Shown here: piece after piece, positions 17,751 through 24,823 of the stretch
How the letters are laid out: every line of letters begins with the position of its first letter
How positions within the stretch are numbered: the stretch's first letter is position 1
DNA from: Candidatus Saccharimonadota bacterium
GTDB taxonomy: Bacteria; Bacteroidota; Bacteroidia; Cytophagales; Amoebophilaceae
Assembly (NCBI RefSeq): GCF_964030745.1
Contig: NZ_OZ034918.1
Location: forward strand, 930,001 to 962,000
Direction: 5' to 3'
Length of the DNA stretch: 32,000 nucleotides
Position numbers and translations under genes: made by a program
The notes under the pieces: model-generated
What the model saw: the letters and a program-made list of their open reading frames with translations, nothing else
What the model was told of the DNA's origin: nothing
Database searches by the model: none

Positions 17751-19740
17751 TTTTCAAATTGACTAAAACTCCTTTAGCGCTTCGTAACATATTTATTATG
17801 GTTGTAAAACCATGTTGCGCTGCTAAATGAAGCGGGGTCTTACCATCCTTATCTTGCGCATTGACTAAAATCCCCTTTTTTTCCAGCAACCTGGCACAAA
17901 TATTTTCATAGCCATATGTCGCTGCTAAATGAAGCGGGGTCTTACCATCCTTATCTTGCGCATTGACTAAAATCCCCTTTTTTTCCAGCAACCCGGCACA
18001 AATATTTCTATAGCTATGTGCCGCTGCCCAATGAAGCGGAGTATTACCATCCTTATCTTGTACATTGACTAAAGTCCCCTTCTCTTTCAGTAACCTGGCA
18101 CAAACCTTTCCACGGCCATATCTCGCTGCCAGATGAAGCGGAGTATTACCATACTTATCTTGTACATTGACTAAAGTCCCCTTCTCTTTCAGTAACCTGG
18201 CACAAACATTTACATGGCCATATTGCGCTGCCACATGAAGCGGGGTATAACCATCCTCATCTTGCTCATTGACTAAAGTCCTCTTCTCTTTCAGTAACCT
18301 GGCACAAACATTTACATGGCCATATTGCGCTGCCACATGAAGCGGGGTATAACCCTCCTTATCTTGCGCATTGACTAAAATCTCCTTCTCTTTCAGTAAC
18401 CTGGCACAAACCTTTCCATGGCCATATTGCGCTGCCCAATGAAGCGGGGTATAACCATCCTTATCTTGCGCATTCACTAAAATCCCCTTTTTTTCCAGCA
18501 ACCCGGCACAAACCTTTCCATAGCCATATGCCGCTGCCCAATGAAGCGGGGTCTTACCACCCTTATCTTGCGCATTGACTAAAATCTTCTTCTCTTTCAG
18601 TAACCTGGCACAAACCTTTCCATGGCTATATTGCGCTGCCCAATGAAGCGGGGTATTACCATCCTCATCTTGCTCATTGACTAAAGTCCTCTTCTCTTTC
18701 AGTAACCTGGCACAAACATTTACATGGCCATATTGCGCTGCCACATGAAGCGGGGTATAACCCTCCTTATCTTGCGCATTGACTAAAATCCCCTGATTTT
18801 CCAGTAACCTGGCACAAACATTTACATGGTCATATTTCGCTGCTAAATGAAGCGGGGTCTTACTATACCCATCTTGCGCATTGACTAAAATCCCCTGATT
18901 TTCCAGTAACCTGGCACAAACATTTACATGGCCATATTGCGCTGCCACATGAAGCGGGGTATAACCCTCCTTATCTTGCGCATTGACTAAAATCTCCTTC
19001 TCTTTCAGTAACCTGGCACAAACATTTACATGGCCATATTGCGCTGCCACATGAAGCGGGGTATTACCCTCCTTATCTTGCGCATTGACTAAAATCTCCT
19101 TCTCTTTCAGTAACCTGGGACAAACATTTACATGGCCATATTGCGCTGCCACATGAAGCGGGGTATTACCCTCCTTATCTTGCGCATTGACTAAAATCTC
19201 CTTCTCTTTCAGTAACCTGGGACAAACATTTACATGGCCATATTGCGCTGCCACATGAAGCGGGGTATAACCCTCCTTATCTTGCGCATTGACTAAAATC
19301 CCCTGATTTTCCAGTAACCTGGCACAAACATTTACATGGTCATATTTCGCTGCTAAATGAAGCGGGGTCATATAATTGTTATCCTTAGCATTCACATCAA
19401 TACTATTTCTAAAAGAAGACAGCAATGCTTGTACCATATGATGATCATTATTCAACGCTGCCAAATGCAACGCAGCATATCCTTCATCATTCAGTTTATT
19501 GATTACCAGAGGATCATTGCCAAAATGAGGCAATGTAAATTCTATACTCTCTAGAGTGTTGTTCTCCGGCCAGTTAGCAGAGTCCATCACAAACTGATGA
19601 AGAAGGTACCCATAACGATATTTTTGCTTTAAAAGTATGATTGTTAGCGGCTCAGGGCTACTATTAATAGCTTTTTCATATTCTGCGCCATATCTAGAAA
19701 TGTGCTTACAAGCAATAAATAATAAAAGAAATATCAACAT
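17746..19740 (-). CDS. ankyrin repeat protein (17 repeats of 34 aa), signal/lipoprotein-like N-terminus
   Basis: TPLH(V/L/W)AAxYGHxxVCxRLL...LVNAQD is repeated 17 times. The N-terminus MLIFLLLFIAC is signal-like. Confidence 0.9.
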   Translation of the reverse strand: MLIFLLLFIACKHISRYGAEYEKAINSSPEPLTIILLKQKYRYGYLLHQFVMDSANWPENNTLESIEFTLPHFGNDPLVINKLNDEGYAALHLAALNNDHHMVQALLSSFRNSIDVNAKDNNYMTPLHLAAKYDHVNVCARLLENQGILVNAQDKEGYTPLHVAAQYGHVNVCPRLLKEKEILVNAQDKEGNTPLHVAAQYGHVNVCPRLLKEKEILVNAQDKEGNTPLHVAAQYGHVNVCARLLKEKEILVNAQDKEGYTPLHVAAQYGHVNVCARLLENQGILVNAQDGYSKTPLHLAAKYDHVNVCARLLENQGILVNAQDKEGYTPLHVAAQYGHVNVCARLLKEKRTLVNEQDEDGNTPLHWAAQYSHGKVCARLLKEKKILVNAQDKGGKTPLHWAAAYGYGKVCAGLLEKKGILVNAQDKDGYTPLHWAAQYGHGKVCARLLKEKEILVNAQDKEGYTPLHVAAQYGHVNVCARLLKEKRTLVNEQDEDGYTPLHVAAQYGHVNVCARLLKEKGTLVNVQDKYGNTPLHLAARYGRGKVCARLLKEKGTLVNVQDKDGNTPLHWAAAHSYRNICAGLLEKKGILVNAQDKDGKTPLHLAATYGYENICARLLEKKGILVNAQDKDGKTPLHLAAQHGFTTIINMLRSAKGVLVNLKK
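17749..19491 (-). repeat. 102-bp tandem repeat array encoding the ANK units
   Basis: The same motif recurs at a 102-bp spacing (for example TATTGCGCTGCCACATGAAGCGGGG at 18221 and 18323). Several adjacent units are identical or nearly identical at the nucleotide level. Confidence 0.9.
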
Positions 19741-19933
19741 TGTATCTTAATAATACATGAAATTTATGGATCAATTTCATAATAAAAATTAGCAGCCCCT
19801 CTGCGAAAAGCTAGGTGCTAGTTGCATTTTTATAAAAATAATTGTATTATACAAATTTTATACTGGACTGCAAAAATATTTTACTTTATTTTCCGTATGG
19901 TTTAGTTTTAAAGTCATACAATACATTAATCAG

Positions 19934-20088
19934 ATGGGCAGGAAAAAGATTAAGCAATTTAGTTCGGAAGAAAAGACTAAAATAGTATTAGCTTTACTTA
20001 AAAGAAGATTTAACGCTAGTTGAGCTAGCGTCCAAATATGGTGTCACTAGCAAAATTCTTCAAAATTGGAAACGTCAGTTTTTAATGA
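19934..20088 (+). pseudogene. IS3-family transposase OrfA (HTH) remnant, frameshifted and truncated
   Basis: MGRKKIKQFSSEEKTKIVLALLK... is followed in another frame by LTLVELASKYGVTSKILQNWKRQF. No downstream OrfB. Confidence 0.6.
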
Positions 20089-20309
20089 TAGATAGTTGGG
20101 CATATGAAATAGTAAACAGAGAAATGTAATGGACTATAAAGTTCCTGTAAATTCTTCATCATAAGCTGGTTGCGCAAGAAGTTTAATAAAATATAATTCC
20201 CTAAATTGGCACCATTAAGCCATCTTTTAAAGATGGCCAGTAAAGCCAGTTGGTTGGATGGGAAGGGTGGATAATGGATTGATCATGCTTACTGAATTTT
20301 ATTACACAA

Positions 20310-21989
20310 ATGGTTCAAAGATATACAGTTACCGCTGCGCTTCCCTATGCAAATGGGCCGGTTCACTTAGGTCATGTGGCAGGAGCCTACCTTCCTGCTG
20401 ATATTTATGTTCGCTATCTAAGACAAAAAAAGGCTACTGTAGTTTTTATCAGTGGCTCTGATGAACATGGTGTACCTGTGGTGATTCGTGCCCAACAAGA
20501 GGGGTCTACGCCTCAAAAAGTAGTGGATAAATACCACACACTCATTAAAGAATCACTAGAAGGGCTGGACATCAGCTTTGATATCTTTGCAAGAACTTCC
20601 TCACCTACCCATTATGAGACAGCCGCTGACTTTTTTAAGGAATTGCATCAAAAAGGCATATTTGAGGTATATGAAACAGAACAATACTACGATCCTGTTT
20701 GTAACCAATTTCTATCTGATCGTTACATAAAAGGCAGTTGTCCTAGCTGTAACCATCCAGCTGCTTATGGTGATCAGTGTGAAGCTTGCGGCAGCACACT
20801 AAGTCCAGAAGAGTTGATTGATCCCATTTCTGCTATTAGTGGCGCAAAACCTATTTTACGGTCCACTAAACACTGGTATCTTCCTCTGAATAAGTATGAA
20901 AATTGGCTTAAAAAATGGATTTTAGAAGAGCATAAAGACTTTAAAACCAATGTATATGGTCAATGCAAGGGGTGGTTAGACCAAGGGTTACAACCCCGTG
21001 CCGTTACCCGAGATTTATCTTGGGGCATTCCTGTTCCGCTGCCCGAAGGAAGCGGAAAAGTACTGTATGTCTGGTTCGATGCACCCATTGGCTATATCAG
21101 TGCAACCAAAGAATGGGCTCAAAAACAACAGACAGATTGGGAACCTTTTTGGAAAGATCCGAGTACCAAACTGGTCCATTTTCTTGGAAAGGACAATATT
21201 GTATTTCATTGTATTATATTTCCTGTGATGCTCAAAGCCCATGGCCAGTTTATTTTGCCGCAGCAGGTGCCAGCCAATGAATTTTTAAATCTAGAAGGGC
21301 AAAAAATTTCCACATCGCGTAACCATGCGGTTTGGCTCCATGATTATTTAGCAGATTTCCCTGGTAAAGCAGATGTGTTGCGCTATGTACTCTGTACCAT
21401 TGCACCAGAAAACAAAGACAGTGACTTTACCTGGCAAGATTTTCAGGATAAAAACAATCGTGAACTGGTAGCCAATCTTGGCAATTTGGTCCATAGAACT
21501 TTAAGTTTGGTCCATCAATACTTTGGTGGATTAGTGCCACCTAGTATGGCCCCTAATGAAGCCGATCAGGCTGTACTGACTGCCTTAATGACTTCTTTTA
21601 CAGCAGTAGGGAATGCCATAGAACAGTTTAAATTTAAAGAAGCGCTTCAATTATGTATGGGTTATGCTACGTTGGGGAATAAATATCTAACCGATAGAAG
21701 ACCCTGGCATTTGGTAAAAAGCAATCCAGAAGAAGCTGGAACGGTATTGCATGTTACCTTGCAATTGATTGCTACTGTAAGCTTGTTGATCAAACCTTTT
21801 CTGCCTACCACCAGTGATAAAATAGCCCATATGCTCGGGTTACAAGAAAGCGGTTGGCATGGTGTGGATGTCAGTAAACTGGTACAACCAGGTGATGCTT
21901 TGGCGTCTCCCACTGTATTGTTTGAAAAAATTGAAGATGATGCCATCGAAGCACAAAGAAAAAAATTAGATCATAATGAAACATGTTGA
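20310..21989 (+). CDS. metG: methionine--tRNA ligase (short form lacking the C-terminal tRNA-binding domain)
   Basis: HIGH-type motif PYANGPVHLGH, zinc knuckle CPSCNHPAAYGDQCEACG, KMSKS-type KISTSR. Confidence 0.92.
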   Translation: MVQRYTVTAALPYANGPVHLGHVAGAYLPADIYVRYLRQKKATVVFISGSDEHGVPVVIRAQQEGSTPQKVVDKYHTLIKESLEGLDISFDIFARTSSPTHYETAADFFKELHQKGIFEVYETEQYYDPVCNQFLSDRYIKGSCPSCNHPAAYGDQCEACGSTLSPEELIDPISAISGAKPILRSTKHWYLPLNKYENWLKKWILEEHKDFKTNVYGQCKGWLDQGLQPRAVTRDLSWGIPVPLPEGSGKVLYVWFDAPIGYISATKEWAQKQQTDWEPFWKDPSTKLVHFLGKDNIVFHCIIFPVMLKAHGQFILPQQVPANEFLNLEGQKISTSRNHAVWLHDYLADFPGKADVLRYVLCTIAPENKDSDFTWQDFQDKNNRELVANLGNLVHRTLSLVHQYFGGLVPPSMAPNEADQAVLTALMTSFTAVGNAIEQFKFKEALQLCMGYATLGNKYLTDRRPWHLVKSNPEEAGTVLHVTLQLIATVSLLIKPFLPTTSDKIAHMLGLQESGWHGVDVSKLVQPGDALASPTVLFEKIEDDAIEAQRKKLDHNETC

Positions 21990-24787
21990 ATAAAAAGCAA
22001 ATCAAAAATTGGCTCTATCGTTTTGGTTATGATACAGATTATGCTAACAGCCCTCTTTCGAAAGCGATTTGTGATGAGCAATTTTTAGGAGAAGCGAAGT
22101 CGCGCACCGCAGAATACTCAGCTGTATTTGAGGAGCATAGACAAGCTTCGACACCAAAATTGCCATTAGAAATCGAGTTTCGAAAGAGGGCTCATGCCGA
22201 TCGCTCTCTATTGGGCAATAAAGGATATGGGTTGGCACAAATGTCCTATTTAGGCTTTCCGATTCCTCCGGGATTTACCATTACAACCGATGGTTGTAGA
22301 AACTATTATGATCAGGGTCAAACGCTTGCTGAAACCATTTGGGATCAGGTGGTTGCAGAGATTAAACTGCTTGAAAAGGCTACAGGCAAGCAGTTTGGAT
22401 CTGCTCCTTTCCCCCTCCTTTTATCAGTCCGTTCTGGTGCTAAAACTTCTATGCCAGGTATGATGGATACCCTGTTGAATCTCGGTCTAAACGATGAAAC
22501 CACAGAACTATTGGGCCATGCCACCCAAGATGCTAGATTTGCCTATGATAGCTATCGTCGCTTTATAGAAATGTATAGCAGCATCATTATGGGCATCGAC
22601 CATCATCTATTTGTAGAGGTAGTGGAGGAGATGAAAGCAGCAGAAAATGTCCACCATGAGGCAGGGCTGGGTCTGGGCGCGCTCCATGCAGTTATTGATC
22701 GCTATAAAAAAATAGTCTGGGCACATACCGGTACTACCTATCCCCAGGATGTCTTTGAACAGTTGCGCAAGGCCATAGTGGCCATTTTTGCATCTTGGAA
22801 TGGTCCAAGAGCTGTTACCTATCGAACACTAAACCATATAAATGATCAAGCAGGCACAGCGGTTACCATTCAATCTATGGTTTTTGGCAATAGGGGTACA
22901 GATAGCCTAACAGGCGTGCTATTTACCAGAAATCCATCCACTGGTGAACCTACTTTATTTGGTGAATATCTAATCAATGCACAAGGCGAAGAATTGGTTT
23001 CGGGTCTAGTCACACCTCGGCAAATTACCAGACAAGGGCGACAAGCCATTCAAGATAAGCAGGCCTCCTTGGAGGAGGCATACCCTGTTGTTTTTAACGA
23101 GCTGCGTCACTTGGCTATGGAGTTAGAAAGCCATTTTAAGGAGATGCAAGATATTGAGTATACTGTTGAACAGGGTAAATTATGGCTGTTGCAGACCAGA
23201 AATGGCAAGCGAAGTGCTAAGGCAGCTGTTAAAATAGCTGTTGATATGGTGTGCGAGGGTAAGATAGATGCAGAGGAAGCGGTACAAAGAATAGATTATA
23301 ATCAGATAGAACAGCTATTGCATGCTACATTAGATGCGCACCAATCTATAGAAATATTAACCCATGGGCTGCCCGCTGCACCAGGTGTGGCCTCTGGGGT
23401 AATTGTTTGTGCACCAGAAGAAGTAGCCGCTCTTTCAAAAACTGAAAATGTCATATTGGTTAGAGGAGAAACCAGTCCAGATGATATAGGTAGTATGGCT
23501 AAGGCAGCAGGTATTTTAACCACCAAGGGGGGCATGACAGCACATGCTGCCGTAGTGGCACGGGGTATGGGCAAGCCTTGTATATGTGGTGCACGTGGTA
23601 TTACGATAGATATGGAAAATAGGCTGCTGCTTATTGGTCAGACAAAGCTTCCAATGGGTAGTTATGTAACTATTGATGGTACCACGGGAGCAGTTATAAA
23701 GGGCAAAGTGGCCACTGTTCAGCAAAAGCCTTTTCCTGAATTTGTAACCTTTATGGGGCTGGTAGATCAGCTCAAAAGGATGGAGGTAAGGGCCAATGCA
23801 GAAACCGTACAGGATGCAACAGTAGCGTTATCCTTTGGCATTGCAGGTATAGGTCTTTGTAGAACAGAGCATATGTTTTTTAATGTTGATGACATGCGTC
23901 TGTTTAGAAAAATGATCTTAATGAGCGATGCAACAGCACGACTGAATAGCCTAAGGGAATTGCTGGTGGTACAAAAAAGAGATTTTAAAGCGCTTTTTCA
24001 AACCTTACATGGTCTACCCATTACGGTCAGATTACTAGACCCCCCTTTACATGAATTTTTACCCCACCATCCAAAAGAGATAGCTGAACTTGCGTTGCAA
24101 CTAGGTTGTCCACTTGATGAAGTAGCAGGGCGTATAGAGGAGCTGGATGAAGTAAATCCAATGTTAGGCCATCGTGGCGCTAGGTTGGCCATTACTTTTC
24201 CAGAGATGTATGCCATGCAAGTTCAAGCGCTATTTGAGGCGGCATTGGAGGTAGAGCAGGTAGCATTAGAAATTATGTTGCCCCTTGTTTTTGATGCCAA
24301 AGAGGTAATTTTTATTAAAAATATCATAGAAACAGTGCATCAAAAAACAGCCCCTCACATCCCCTATAAGGTTGGGGTAATGATAGAGCTGCCAAGAGCA
24401 GCCTTGCAGGCGGCAACCATTGCACCATTGGTCGATTTTTTCAGTATAGGAACCAATGATTTAACCCAAACCACCCTTGGTATTTCACGTGATGATGGGG
24501 CCAAATTTCTAGACAGTTACCAACAAAAAGGGTTGCTTCAGGATGACCCATTTGTTACGTTGGATCGGGAAGGGGTTGGCGCATTGATTCACATGGCGGT
24601 AGTAGAGGGTAGGTCGGCTAATCCAAATTTAAAAATAGGCATTTGTGGCGAACATGGAGGCGATCCGCGCTCTATTGAATTTTTTGAGTCGATAGGGATA
24701 GATTATATATCCTGTTCTCCTTATAGAGTAGCTATTGCAAAGCTGGCTGCTGCAAAGGCTATGCGCTTTACTGATGTCCGCCGATAA
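21983..24787 (+). CDS. ppdK: pyruvate,phosphate dikinase carrying a 48-codon in-frame repeat-element insertion
   Basis: N-terminal KNWLYRF and LLGNKG motifs, phosphohistidine motif TTKGGMTAHAAVVARGMG, C-terminal PEP/pyruvate domain (GICGEHGGDP). The start overlaps the metG stop (ATGTTGA). Confidence 0.92.
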   Translation: MLNKKQIKNWLYRFGYDTDYANSPLSKAICDEQFLGEAKSRTAEYSAVFEEHRQASTPKLPLEIEFRKRAHADRSLLGNKGYGLAQMSYLGFPIPPGFTITTDGCRNYYDQGQTLAETIWDQVVAEIKLLEKATGKQFGSAPFPLLLSVRSGAKTSMPGMMDTLLNLGLNDETTELLGHATQDARFAYDSYRRFIEMYSSIIMGIDHHLFVEVVEEMKAAENVHHEAGLGLGALHAVIDRYKKIVWAHTGTTYPQDVFEQLRKAIVAIFASWNGPRAVTYRTLNHINDQAGTAVTIQSMVFGNRGTDSLTGVLFTRNPSTGEPTLFGEYLINAQGEELVSGLVTPRQITRQGRQAIQDKQASLEEAYPVVFNELRHLAMELESHFKEMQDIEYTVEQGKLWLLQTRNGKRSAKAAVKIAVDMVCEGKIDAEEAVQRIDYNQIEQLLHATLDAHQSIEILTHGLPAAPGVASGVIVCAPEEVAALSKTENVILVRGETSPDDIGSMAKAAGILTTKGGMTAHAAVVARGMGKPCICGARGITIDMENRLLLIGQTKLPMGSYVTIDGTTGAVIKGKVATVQQKPFPEFVTFMGLVDQLKRMEVRANAETVQDATVALSFGIAGIGLCRTEHMFFNVDDMRLFRKMILMSDATARLNSLRELLVVQKRDFKALFQTLHGLPITVRLLDPPLHEFLPHHPKEIAELALQLGCPLDEVAGRIEELDEVNPMLGHRGARLAITFPEMYAMQVQALFEAALEVEQVALEIMLPLVFDAKEVIFIKNIIETVHQKTAPHIPYKVGVMIELPRAALQAATIAPLVDFFSIGTNDLTQTTLGISRDDGAKFLDSYQQKGLLQDDPFVTLDREGVGALIHMAVVEGRSANPNLKIGICGEHGGDPRSIEFFESIGIDYISCSPYRVAIAKLAAAKAMRFTDVRR
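22049..22192. mobile_element. palindromic MITE-like element, family B, copy 1, in frame within ppdK (144 bp)
   Basis: Perfect 15-bp TIRs AGCCCTCTTTCGAAA / TTTCGAAAGAGGGCT. The interior is nearly identical to the reverse complement of 30187-30329, including a 46-nt identical block TTGAGGAGCATAGACAAGCTTCGACACCAAAATTGCCATTAGAAAT. Confidence 0.85.
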
Positions 24788-24812
24788 AAAATTTGGCATC
24801 CAGTAAAAATAC
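24780..24812. repeat. solo A1-type terminal repeat overlapping the ppdK stop codon
   Basis: GCCGATAAAAAATTTGGCATCCAGTAAAAATAC compared with the A1 TIR GCCGATAAAGAAATTTGGCACTTTTAGTAAAATTG at 2122-2156. Confidence 0.55.
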
Positions 24813-24823
24813 AGAAACAGGAT

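Noticed and set aside
17749-19491. Regular repeat array as a possible CRISPR locus
   Set aside because: The 102-bp period is entirely coding (ankyrin units) with no repeat/spacer alternation. No cas genes are in the window.
20218-20236. Perfect hairpin GCCATCTTT-T-AAAGATGGC upstream of metG as a regulatory element or terminator
   Set aside because: It is a single short palindrome with a one-nucleotide loop as drawn and no U-tract. It is not repeated elsewhere in the window, so evidence is too thin to assign a function.
20963-21280. Overlapping alternative-frame ORFs within metG (20963-21280, 20998-21228, 21015-21242)
   Set aside because: These are shadow ORFs inside a strongly supported MetRS frame. 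The same reasoning rejects the internal or antisense ORFs in the lipoprotein gene, the ABC transporter, the coiled-coil gene, ppdK, gltX, the transposase, the RT and polA.
22044-22238. 64-aa antisense ORF inside ppdK
   Set aside because: It is the opposite strand of the family B element within a well-supported ppdK frame. It is open only because of the palindromic nature of the element.
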